A stretch of DNA of 64,000 bases from Chloroflexota bacterium (lineage in GTDB: Bacteria; Chloroflexota; Dehalococcoidia; Lucifugimonadales; UBA2985): positions 8,181 to 72,180 of the forward strand of contig JAQBZZ010000001.1 in assembly GCA_027622595.1 (NCBI GenBank), read 5' to 3'. Shown piece after piece: positions 47,318 to 56,464 of the stretch. Below the pieces are notes generated by a model that ran no database searches, was not told the DNA's origin, and was given only the letters and a program-made list of their open reading frames with translations. Within the stretch, counting starts at the first letter, position 1, and each line of letters starts with the position of its first letter. A program made the translations under genes and the position numbers.

Positions 47318-47821
47318 TTGGCAGGATTCACGAAGCTTAGGGGGATACCTTTGCGCGGGATGCTGGGGTTGCCATATAAGTTGGCTGTCTTTGTCACCTC
47401 CATCCGAGTGACGGTCACAGGCTGTAGCATGTATCCAACACTGGTCTCCGGAGAGGACGTGCTCTTCAACCGCATGGCCTACATACGGCGCAGCCCTAAA
47501 AGGGGCGACGTTGTACTCGCACGCGGACTCTTGGAGGGGAGAAGGGCAGTGATTAAGCGGATTGCCGGGGTTCCAGGCGACACCGTAAAGCTCAACGAGG
47601 GAGTGTTGACGGTTAACGACACACCCATCCAGGAATCGTCCTCCCAAGAGGGGGAGGGTGTGTGGACGCTCAAGCAAGACGAGTTCTTTCTCCTTGGCGA
47701 TTCGATGGATACCAGCACAGACAGCCGTTCCTTGGGCCCCGTCTCGCAAAAGGCAATAAAGGCCAGGGCATGGCTGGTCTGCTGGCCCCTCAGCCAATGG
47801 AGGCATTTGCATGAGGAGTAG
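47318..47821 (+). CDS. sodX: S26-family signal-peptidase-like NiSOD maturation protease
   Basis: GCSMYPTL (catalytic Ser), IKRIAGVPGD (Lys) and GDSMDTSTDSR. It is divergent from sodN. The start is uncertain (TTG 47318 or ATG 47360). Confidence 0.8.
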   Translation: MAGFTKLRGIPLRGMLGLPYKLAVFVTSIRVTVTGCSMYPTLVSGEDVLFNRMAYIRRSPKRGDVVLARGLLEGRRAVIKRIAGVPGDTVKLNEGVLTVNDTPIQESSSQEGEGVWTLKQDEFFLLGDSMDTSTDSRSLGPVSQKAIKARAWLVCWPLSQWRHLHEE

Positions 47822-47990
47822 TGGACAGCATGCCAGGGGTAATCCAGGGGAGGTTGCTAGCAGGGGCTATAATGATCGGGGTTATGGGAACTGGTATAGT
47901 CAATAAATCTACGAGCGTCGCCAGGTTCCAGACCACGACGGGACTGCCAATACCGCCGTTCACTACCCTATGGTAAGCGAGTAGAATAAA

Positions 47991-48707
47991 ATGCCTGAGT
48001 TTGACGAAAAAGTATCCATAGTCGTACCCACCTACAACGAGAGGGATAATGTCCAGACCCTTTGCGAGGGACTTCGTGAAGTCCTGGAGTCCAGGTGGGA
48101 CTACGAGATCATCATAGTCGATGACAATAGTCCCGATGGCACCCACGAGGTCGTACGTCAACTGGGTGCGGAAGATACCCGGATAAAGCTGATACAACGG
48201 TCTGGAAAGCTGGGGCTGGGGAGCGCTGTGACTACGGGCTTTGCACAGGCTACTGGCGATTACTGGGTCATGATGGATGCCGACCTGTCACACCGTCCCG
48301 AAGATCTCTCTAATCTCCTAATCACCCTCTCCGATGCCGACATCGTAATTGGCTCGCGGTACGTGCGAGGCGGTGGAGTGCTCAACTGGCCGCTACGGAG
48401 GAGGATCGTCAGCCGCGGTGCGTCGGCGTTAGGTCGCGTCATTGTGGGCCTGCCGACACGTGACCTGACCTCCGGATTCGGCGCCTTTCGGCGAAGTCAC
48501 ATGGAGGCATTGCTTCCCTCGTTGAGCCCCAAGGGGTTCAAGCTGCTCCTGGAAATTCTGGGCAAGAGCGGCGATGCGCGGGTGAAAGAGACTCCCATTA
48601 CCTTTGTTGACCGCCAGCATGGCAAGTCAAAAGCCTCCGCTGGGGAAGCGCTGCTGTTTCTACGCCTCTGTTTTGAGCTGCGCGGTCAGCGACGCGCGGG
48701 AGTGTGA
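47991..48707 (+). CDS. GT2 polyprenol/dolichol-phosphate mannosyltransferase-like glycosyltransferase
   Basis: 238 aa with VSIVVPTYNERDN, IIVDDNSPDGT, MDADLSH and GSRY. This is the Dpm1/Ppm1 pattern. Confidence 0.85.
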   Translation: MPEFDEKVSIVVPTYNERDNVQTLCEGLREVLESRWDYEIIIVDDNSPDGTHEVVRQLGAEDTRIKLIQRSGKLGLGSAVTTGFAQATGDYWVMMDADLSHRPEDLSNLLITLSDADIVIGSRYVRGGGVLNWPLRRRIVSRGASALGRVIVGLPTRDLTSGFGAFRRSHMEALLPSLSPKGFKLLLEILGKSGDARVKETPITFVDRQHGKSKASAGEALLFLRLCFELRGQRRAGV

Positions 48708-48738
48708 GCAGCTAACTCAAGAATTCCCGCACGGGAGA

Positions 48739-48775
48739 AAGAGGTGGTGTCACCTTTCAGGTGACACCACCTCTT
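48739..48775. terminator. Perfect 17-bp hairpin between convergent genes (no U-tract)
   Basis: AAGAGGTGGTGTCACCT-TTC-AGGTGACACCACCTCTT lies between the GT2 stop (48707) and the glnB stop (48826). Confidence 0.45.
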
Positions 48776-48825
48776 ATCATCACTACACTCCTAATCGGCG
48801 TCCTGACAGGACTCTGCCAGTCAGC

Positions 48826-49179
48826 CTAAATTGCGATTGCGCCCCGCTCGCCGCTGCTCACTCTCACTACTTCGGACACCGGTGATACGAAGATTTTCCC
48901 ATCGCCGATATTCCCGCCGCCAGGGCTTCTGGCCGCTTCAAGGATGGCATCGATCACCTTTTCCAGCAGTTCATCTGGAATTACGGTGGTTATCAGGGTC
49001 TTGGGAACTGAGGACCTCACGGCCGTCTGTCCACCCCTGCCCACAAATACCTCAACCCCTCCCTGGCGGCCTTGGCCTGTGATATTCGTATAGTGGTAAC
49101 CTGTACACCCAACAGCGTCCAGAGCTGGTGTCACCTGACTTATCCGCTCCGGTCTGATAATTGCTTCAACCTTTAGCAT
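48826..49179 (-). CDS. glnB: P-II family nitrogen regulatory protein
   Basis: MLKVEAIIRP..., GQGRQGG (T-loop base) and GDGKIFV. I set the start to ATG 49179 (GAAGGAGG 5 nt upstream). It lies downstream of amt. Confidence 0.88.
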   Translation of the reverse strand: MLKVEAIIRPERISQVTPALDAVGCTGYHYTNITGQGRQGGVEVFVGRGGQTAVRSSVPKTLITTVIPDELLEKVIDAILEAARSPGGGNIGDGKIFVSPVSEVVRVSSGERGAIAI

Positions 49180-49267
49180 GATAACCTCCTTCAATCAACC
49201 CGCTTACTTCGGATGTTTTCCCTGAACATACCATTGTATTCAAGACACTGACGAAGCGATTGCCTTC

Positions 49268-50479
49268 CTAATCTGCGCCGTCTCTGATATATGCTCTTTC
49301 TCCATGAGCCACTATGTCAAGTCCCTCATCCTCTTCCCGCTCGGAAACGCGTAACCCAAGGCCAGGAATAACGTCTAGGACTTTCAGAAGTAACAAACTG
49401 ACCACCAGACTGTATCCAAAGGTTGCTCCTACAGCTACTACCTGGGTACCAAGCTGCCCCCAGTTACCGTCTATGGCTCCTACGGCGTCAGGTCCACCCA
49501 CGGCTGATATAGCAAAGATGCCAGTGGCCAGGGCACCCCAGATTCCACCGACACCATGGACGGAGAAAACATCAAGTGCGTCGTCCAGTTTGGTCTTGTT
49601 GCGCAGTAACACGGCAAAATAACACAACATGCCAGCTCCAAATCCAATAGCTATGGCTCCCATCACCCCTACATAACCAGATGCAGGTGTGATCGCAACA
49701 AGTCCGGCCACGGCACCAGTGGCTACACCAACTGCGCTCATCTTTCCCGTCTGGAACTGGGACAGAAGACCCCATGTCAGTGCGGCGGCGGCGGCGGCGG
49801 TGTTGGTAACAAGGAACGCGTTGACTGCCTGACCGTTCGCTGCCAGTCCTGATCCAGCGTTAAACCCAAACCAACCGAACCAGAGGAGTCCTGCACCAAG
49901 GACCACGTAGGGCACGTTATGAGGCTCCAGCCCAGGATTGCGCCTCCTGCCAACGAGCAGAGCTGCAGCAACAGCCGCTACCCCTGCGTTGATGTGGACA
50001 ACCGTTCCACCGGCGAAGTCCAGAGTTCCTGCATCGAACAGCCAGCCGTTAGCTCCCCAGACCCAATGGGCCACGGGAGCGTACACGAAGGTTATCCACA
50101 GCACCAGGAAAACCAGATAGGTGGTGAACTTGAAACGCTCCACAAAAGCTCCAGTAATCAGAGCGGGGGTTATGATGGCAAACATCATCTGGAACACAAC
50201 GAAGAGTAGATCCATCCCATCTCCGTCGTTGATGTCTATTCCAGAGAGGCCAACCAATGAAAAATCCCCAATGAAGCGTCCGCCCTCTCCAAATGCCAGG
50301 CTGTAGCCCCAGAGCACCCAGACAAGGCTGACCACTGCCATAGAAATGAAACTGTACATTATGGTGCTAACAACGTTCTTGGCACGCACAAGGCCTCCGT
50401 AGAAGAAGGCCAGGCCAGGCGTCATCAGCAGCACCAGTGCCGAAGCAGTGAGCATCCACGCGAGATTGCCTGTATCCAT
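49268..50479 (-). CDS. amt: Ammonium transporter
   Basis: About 11 TM helices, DFAGGTVVHINAG, FGWFGFNAGS and VHGVGGIWG. I prefer the ATG at 50479 (GGGGGA upstream). The track starts one codon earlier, at a TTG. Confidence 0.93.
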   Translation of the reverse strand: MDTGNLAWMLTASALVLLMTPGLAFFYGGLVRAKNVVSTIMYSFISMAVVSLVWVLWGYSLAFGEGGRFIGDFSLVGLSGIDINDGDGMDLLFVVFQMMFAIITPALITGAFVERFKFTTYLVFLVLWITFVYAPVAHWVWGANGWLFDAGTLDFAGGTVVHINAGVAAVAAALLVGRRRNPGLEPHNVPYVVLGAGLLWFGWFGFNAGSGLAANGQAVNAFLVTNTAAAAAALTWGLLSQFQTGKMSAVGVATGAVAGLVAITPASGYVGVMGAIAIGFGAGMLCYFAVLLRNKTKLDDALDVFSVHGVGGIWGALATGIFAISAVGGPDAVGAIDGNWGQLGTQVVAVGATFGYSLVVSLLLLKVLDVIPGLGLRVSEREEDEGLDIVAHGERAYIRDGAD

Positions 50480-50539
50480 CAATTCCCCCTTTATGCAAGA
50501 TATACAATAGCAATCTTGGAGCCTGCGTGTTCCGATGGC

Positions 50540-50566
50540 GTTACACTTCCGTTACAATTGTGTTAC
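50540..50566. promoter_or_regulatory. Three direct GTTAC repeats at 11-bp spacing upstream of amt (candidate GlnR-like response-regulator site)
   Basis: GTTAC-ACTTCC-GTTAC-AATTGT-GTTAC at 50540, 50551 and 50562, which is 61-87 nt upstream of the amt ATG. Confidence 0.45.
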
Positions 50567-50834
50567 ACGTATATTGACCATACCTGACATTGACAGACGA
50601 AGTGAGGGAGGCTGATTCTCACGTGACAGCTTGGCTGACATAGCCTCGGCTTGGGGATGACTGGCTAACCACACCTTGTCCGAAATAGCACATTGATCGA
50701 ACATAAGCCTTCTAGAAACTTTGTGAAGTATTGAACACCATCACTCACTGTGATAGACTCCACGTTCTGGCATGGGCTTATGGGTTTCATCTGCAAGCGC
50801 CCTATATTTAGATCCATGCTACAGAGGAGGACAC

Positions 50835-51302
50835 GTGAAGAAGATTTGGGTCTTATCTATCGCCTTGATGATCACGGCCATAATTGGCGCAGCATGTAGT
50901 GGGGATGCCGCTACACCAACTAGACCACCAACCGCCACATCACCCGCTCCCACTGCCACGTCGCCCGCTATGGTGGAAGCCACTGCCACAGCACCCGCGA
51001 CGGTGGACGACGATCACGATGACGTCGCGATTGGCCAGGGTCTGTATACGTCACTGGGATGTCTAGCATGCCATAGCATTGACGGCAGTGCAATCGTCGG
51101 CCCAAGCTGGAAGGGTCTGTACGGGTCAATCAGGCCGCTGGCAGACGGCACTTCCGTCACAGCTGACGACGTTTACATCAAAGAGTCCATCACGAACCCG
51201 GCTGCCAAGGTAGCCGAGGGGTTCCCGCCCATCATGCCACCATTCACTCTCACTGACGACGATCTACACGCGATTGTTGCTTACATCGAATCGTTGAAGT
51301 AA
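50835..51302 (+). CDS. Lipoprotein-anchored class I c-type cytochrome
   Basis: GTG 50835 follows AGAGGAGG. It has a signal peptide plus lipobox (IIGAAC), a Pro/Thr/Ala-rich linker, the heme site CLACH, and a distal Met in IMPPF. Confidence 0.8.
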   Translation: MKKIWVLSIALMITAIIGAACSGDAATPTRPPTATSPAPTATSPAMVEATATAPATVDDDHDDVAIGQGLYTSLGCLACHSIDGSAIVGPSWKGLYGSIRPLADGTSVTADDVYIKESITNPAAKVAEGFPPIMPPFTLTDDDLHAIVAYIESLK

Positions 51303-51323
51303 GCCCACATCGCATCTAGCGTT

Positions 51324-51364
51324 AGGGACGGGGAGTCAAGCCGTGCTGCCAACTCCCCGTCCCT
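51324..51364. terminator. Hairpin between convergent cytochrome c and larB
   Basis: AGGGACGGGGAGT-(15-nt loop)-ACTCCCCGTCCCT is followed by GGTCTTTT on the plus strand. Confidence 0.5.
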
Positions 51365-51370
51365 GGTCTT

Positions 51371-52108
51371 TTAGTCCCTCGAAGTGCCTGAGCCAGTCAG
51401 ATTGATGGTCCCGGCCATATACCCGGCACCAAACCCATTATCTATATTCACCACAGCTATTCCTGGGCTACACCCGTTGAGCATGGCCAGCAGGGCCGCA
51501 AGCCCCTGAAAGCTGGCGCCGTAGCCCACGCTTGTTGGCACTGCGATAACGGGCGCCGACACCAGTCCGCTGACCAGACTGGGTAATGCACCCTCCATCC
51601 CCGCCACAGCCACAATAACCCTGGCCTTCTGCAACATGGACAGGTGCTCCAGCAACCGGTGCACCCCTGCCACACCAACATCCCACAGTCTCTCCACGCC
51701 ATTTCCCATCAACTCTGCCGTTATGGCTGCCTCCTCCGCCACCGGTAAATCGGCGGTGCCTGCGGCCACAATGAGCACTCCAGGGATCGGAGGAGCCTCT
51801 TCGCCATGCTTCAGCACTATGGTCCTGGCAAGCTCGTTGTATCTGGCTCCCGGCAGCACCTCTTTAATGGCTGCATACGCCTCAGGGCCTGCGCGGGTTA
51901 TGAGCACCTTGGAGGAAGACTTGGTCATGCTCCGGGCGATCTGCGTCAATTGCTCGGGCGTTTTACCGGGAGCGTAAATGACCTCCGGGAAGCCGGTGCG
52001 CAGGTCTCGATGGTGGTCCAGCTTGGCAAAACCCAGGTCTTCATAGGGGAGAATACGCAGTTTATCCAGGGCGCCCTCCACGTCCAACTGGCCGTTCTGC
52101 ACCTGCAA
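51371..52108 (-). CDS. larB: LarB (nickel-pincer cofactor biosynthesis, PurE-like carboxylase/hydrolase)
   Basis: GTADLPVAEEA, AGMEGALPS, PVIAVPTSVGYGA and VVNIDNGFGA. The start is uncertain. TTG 52108 is the first canonical start, but homologous-looking sequence (DREYLKELL) continues upstream. Confidence 0.85.
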   Translation of the reverse strand: MQVQNGQLDVEGALDKLRILPYEDLGFAKLDHHRDLRTGFPEVIYAPGKTPEQLTQIARSMTKSSSKVLITRAGPEAYAAIKEVLPGARYNELARTIVLKHGEEAPPIPGVLIVAAGTADLPVAEEAAITAELMGNGVERLWDVGVAGVHRLLEHLSMLQKARVIVAVAGMEGALPSLVSGLVSAPVIAVPTSVGYGASFQGLAALLAMLNGCSPGIAVVNIDNGFGAGYMAGTINLTGSGTSRD

Positions 52109-52415
52109 AAGAAGTTCCTTCAGATACTCGCGATCTATGTCATGCCTCCTGAATTTTTTTGAAACAGTTTAGAACGATATGTAAAACTGGTACGGAGCGG
52201 TCACTTAACAACTGTGTTGAATAACGTGCCTCTTACCACTGTCCAATTGTAATACGAGAATCATACGGTGAGCGCTATTGCCTTGATTGAGGGAGATCAG
52301 GGACTCGGCTGTGCTGGTTACAGATTACAGACCCGGAGTGTTAAAAGTAAGCGCGGGCTCAGGAATGCTTGGTGCTAGGGTAAGTAATGAGTGGTGGAAA
52401 CCAGGCGTAAATCGC

Positions 52416-53369
52416 CTACGGGGTCTCTTCGACCGGTGCGCTGGGGCCTTCCAGGTAGCGGAACAGATCGCTACCCGCGGACATGACCACCGTGGTGCCT
52501 TCCTTGAGGAAGTTGCCGTAGGCCTCAAGGCTGCGCCTGAAGGCGAAGAACTCCGGATCCTGTTCCAGGGCCTCAGCCAGAACCAGGATGGCCTCGGCCT
52601 CGCCCTCACCCCGTAGGATATTGGCGTCCCGTTCGGCATTTGCCTTGATAATCCTCACCTGCCTGTCTACATCAGCAGTGATGGTGAGGTACTGCTCTTC
52701 ACCCTCGGCCCGGAGTCGCTGTGCCTGGACGGAGCGCTCCGACCTCATACGCTCGAATACGCTGCTCTCCGCGGCGGTGGGGAAATCAGCCGCCTTTATA
52801 CGCACGTCTACTATACTGACACCGAATTGCTGCTCCGTGTCCCTCTTGACACGGTCAAGGACCAGTTGCATCATCGCCTCACGAGCGAAAGCACCTTGAC
52901 TATCTACCCTGGGCCTGACGATGATAGTGCCATCCGGCTGGGTAACGGGGTCACCACCGATGATGTCTCTACGATCTCTCAATCCAACCTGAGTACGGAG
53001 GGCCCCTATGGCCAGGTTTCCAATGCGCAAACCGGCGGTTGTCTCATCCCTCAGGTTCTGCAGGAAGACTAGAGGTTTATCAATTCTATAGCGAATGTAT
53101 GCGTCAATCCCCAGGAACTGGCTGTCCTTATCAGGCATGCTGGCCGTGGCTACATCTATGCGTAACAACCGGTTGTCGAAGCGGGTCACGGCCTCTATTG
53201 GGGATTTAAACTTCAATCCAGGGCTGGTTTCCGCTTTCTGTACCTCACCGAACCTGGTGATTACCGCGAACTCGGTCTGGTCCAAGGCATAAAACACCCC
53301 GAATCCGGCAACCTGGGCCAAGAAGACCACCAGTAACAGAACTCCTAGGACTATCCCAACTATCCTCAT
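52416..53369 (-). CDS. hflC: HflC (SPFH/band-7 protease modulator)
   Basis: 317 aa with an N-terminal TM helix, an SPFH domain and a coiled-coil. It is paired with hflK. Confidence 0.88.
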   Translation of the reverse strand: MRIVGIVLGVLLLVVFLAQVAGFGVFYALDQTEFAVITRFGEVQKAETSPGLKFKSPIEAVTRFDNRLLRIDVATASMPDKDSQFLGIDAYIRYRIDKPLVFLQNLRDETTAGLRIGNLAIGALRTQVGLRDRRDIIGGDPVTQPDGTIIVRPRVDSQGAFAREAMMQLVLDRVKRDTEQQFGVSIVDVRIKAADFPTAAESSVFERMRSERSVQAQRLRAEGEEQYLTITADVDRQVRIIKANAERDANILRGEGEAEAILVLAEALEQDPEFFAFRRSLEAYGNFLKEGTTVVMSAGSDLFRYLEGPSAPVEETP

Positions 53370-54433
53370 TAGTTCGCTCCTCCATTGTCCGTGAGCGGGA
53401 GGAACTGTAGCAGGTTATTGCTGCTGTCCTGGTTCAGGATGAATATAGTAATGCCTGGGAGTATCGTCTCCATAGCTTCCAGGTACATTCGCTGGCGTGT
53501 GACCTCCTGAGACTTCTGGTACTCCTCCAGTACGGATGTGAAGCGGTCAGCCTCACCAGTGGCTCTGGCTATCTGCTCCACCTTGAAAGCTCCGGCGCTC
53601 TGGACAGTCTGCTGCGCAAAGCCTTCGGCCCTGGGGAGTTGGTCCTGTTCGTAAGCCTTGGCCTCGTTGATGCGGCTCTCCTTGTCCACCCGGGCATTGA
53701 CCACGTCGTCGAACGCGGCTCTGACCTGGTCGGGAGGGCGCACCGTCTGTAGTGCTACGTTCAATATCTGAATCCCGGCCTGGTATTCGTCAAGCACTTG
53801 CTGAATCAGCAGTCCGGTGGCGCTCTGTACCTCTTCCCTCCTGATCACAAGCACATCATCTATGCTGCGCTGGCCCACCACCTGACGCAGAGCCGCCTCA
53901 GTCACGTCCTTCAGGGTACGCCCCTCGGGGTTCCCCAACCCTACTCCCCGTAGAACCTCACCCGGGTCGTCCACACGGAACAGGAAATTCTCAAGATCCG
54001 CGATACGATACTGGACCACCATCTGCACGTTTACGATGTTAAGGTCGCCAGTGATCATCAGGGCTTCGCCCTCCTGGTCACTAACTACCCCGGTAGCTGT
54101 CGTGAAGAACCCCAACTCCATGTTCCGGGTTACCTCGACATCAACAATAGTTCTTTTTCCAATGGGAGGTGGGAAGTACCAGTGCAGGCCAGGGGCCTCA
54201 ATTGTCTGAAATGCGCCAAAAAGCTGAAGCGCTGCCCTCTCGCGGGGTCCTACAATGTAGACACCGCTGCCCAGCCAGAGGATGGCTGCCAGGGCCAGCA
54301 GGCCCAGGATCATCAGCTTGACTCCGCCTCCACCCAGCTTCTGAAGCACGCCGTTGATGCCCGCGCCTATACCGCGGAGTACCTCCTCTAGCTGTACTTC
54401 AGGCCTTTGACGCTGTCCACCGGGTTCAAACAT
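53369..54433 (-). CDS. hflK: HflK (SPFH/band-7 protease modulator)
   Basis: 354 aa with a TM helix then an SPFH domain (GLHWYFPPPIG..., TGDLNIVNV). It lies directly upstream of hflC. Confidence 0.88.
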   Translation of the reverse strand: MFEPGGQRQRPEVQLEEVLRGIGAGINGVLQKLGGGGVKLMILGLLALAAILWLGSGVYIVGPRERAALQLFGAFQTIEAPGLHWYFPPPIGKRTIVDVEVTRNMELGFFTTATGVVSDQEGEALMITGDLNIVNVQMVVQYRIADLENFLFRVDDPGEVLRGVGLGNPEGRTLKDVTEAALRQVVGQRSIDDVLVIRREEVQSATGLLIQQVLDEYQAGIQILNVALQTVRPPDQVRAAFDDVVNARVDKESRINEAKAYEQDQLPRAEGFAQQTVQSAGAFKVEQIARATGEADRFTSVLEEYQKSQEVTRQRMYLEAMETILPGITIFILNQDSSNNLLQFLPLTDNGGAN

Positions 54434-54574
54434 ACTGTTTCTGTGTAGCCTTTCTCAAATCAACGTGGCTGCGTCATATCTTCGCAACCACAACGCTTTC
54501 AACCTTACCACATATTCCGAAAATAGCAATACCTGACGGGCCGCCTGAAAGCCGACCATGTTTGAATGTAGGTT

Positions 54575-55891
54575 TTATGACCCGCCGGCGGGCTCGGCGA
54601 CTGTCTGAAGGTAGCTTGGGGCATAGAGCTTGCTCCTGCTCCTATCCAGGGAGCGGAAGACCCTCAGGTAGTCCTTCATATACCGGGTTATCAGGAAGTT
54701 GCGTCGGACGTGCTCTCTTCCCTGTTTGCCCAGTTGTTCTGCTCTCTCTGGGTTCTGGAGCAGGTGAAGCATCCACTTGGCACATTCCTCAGGGCTATTC
54801 ACCAGGTAACCCGTCTTTCCGTGAATGACCTGGAGGGGGATGCCTCCTGCCTTGCCTCCGACAACGGGACGTCCCTTCCACAGAGCCTCGGTTACCGCAA
54901 GGCCAAACCCCTCTCGTATGGACTTCTGGACCACCACCTGGGCCGCGGTCTGGAAGGCGTTTACCTCTAGGTCGCCGATGCCGTTCAGTACGTTTGGCAG
55001 AATGTGGACATCTGGGTCTCCACCAGCTGCCTCAAGCGCCTGTTCATAATAAGACCATCCCTCCGGGTCGTCATTGGCAATGGCCACCAGGAATGCCAGC
55101 TGCACGCCGGGGACAAGGTGTTTTATCTGGAAGTATGCCTGTATCACCCCTATTGGGTCTTTCCAGGCATCCATTCTGGAGGCCTTCACCACCAACGGCC
55201 GTTCCGGGTCCACATTGAAGCGAGCCAGCACTTGCCGGATATCCTCGTTGGAAATGGGCACGTTCTTCTCGCTCAACGGGTCTATGGCCGGGGGAATCAC
55301 CCATATCCGCGGGCCTGTCAGGTCTCTCTTGACGAACTGTTTCAAGGTGAACACGGCCGCTTCATAGGGTTTCAGGTATGGTCTCAGGTTGTTCCAGGCT
55401 TCGGGTTGGGCATCTGTGGAATCTATGTGGCACCGCCAGACCCAGCGGGTGTTCTTGGTGTTTATCCCTAATTCCTGAAGGTAGTGCAGCAGCCCAGCGG
55501 GTTGAGGGTCATGCACAACCACATAGTCGTACTGGCCCTCAAAGAGCTCCGCGTTGAGGCGGTTGTATTTCCTCCATATCTCCCACATCTCCGGTTTTCA
55601 GGATATTTGCATTCCCTGGAGGCTGTTATGGAGCGCCTTGGAGACCTGGTAGAACTCATCGGCCCCGTGCATCACCTGCCACTCGGCATTGAGGCCAGCG
55701 TCGTTCATGAGGGGGACTATGGAGTTGAGGAGTTCAGCGACACCACCGCCGAAGGCAGTGGCGTTTAGGTGTAGGACTCTGGCGCCCTTGAATGGCTCCG
55801 ACAGCCTGTGTATCTCATCAGTCTGTTCGTTTCCGATGATGGATCGATAGTCCTCAATGGACTTTTGTCCCGTAGCAACTGGGGTCAGCAT
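54575..55891 (-). pseudogene. TreT-like GT4 glycosyltransferase (trehalose synthase family) interrupted by one in-frame TGA
   Basis: The track splits it into 55598..55891 (HLNATAFGGGVAELL...HNSLQGMQIS) and 54575..55588 (MWEIWRKYNRLN...VHDPQP...WRCHID...REGFGLAVTEALWKGRPVV). Both parts are in the same frame, separated by TGA 55598-55600 plus 3 codons. Confidence 0.7.
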
Positions 55892-56464
55892 CGTGACTCC
55901 CTCCTAAATATGACCGCATTCCTTTGGGGAACCAGTCTTTCATTCTCTGAATCTGGTAGTCGATGTATTTGATATATTATTTGCCATCCTTAGACGTCAG
56001 ACGTCACCTGGCAACCCTTAATATCTAAACTGTATCGTCTCACAAATGCCTGGGGGAACGGGTAATTAGTACCAGTGTAGGTGAGAAATACATCTGATGT
56101 AATGCTCCTCCCAAATCAGACATAAATAATCCCGCGTCCCAAATTGAGACCCGGGCGTGAAACTCTGTTGCACTATCTCTGCGGATCACCAATTCCCAGC
56201 ATCGTAAACAAGCATAACCGTGAGATGCTAAATCCCTGCCTAAGCTTTTGTCAATAGTTTACCAATAATGGGCACACATGACGACTGCATCCCTCGCTTC
56301 AGGTATGTGGTGATGTTATCATGACAATTCTCCTTTACACTTGGAGTTGCAAAGGGCATCGTCATGAAGAATCGTCGACTCAACCATATCAACACACCTC
56401 ACCTCACGTGCCAGCTGTGCAGGACGATTCTGCCTGCGCAGCCCTACTCTAAAGGAGCCACGCC

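Noticed and set aside
55598-55600. Selenocysteine insertion or genome-wide TGA reassignment as an explanation for the in-frame TGAs (also 31138-31140).
   Set aside because: No SECIS-like stem-loop follows either TGA. Neither protein family is a known selenoprotein. Several intact genes in the window terminate with TGA, including within ATGA overlaps, so TGA is a functional stop here.
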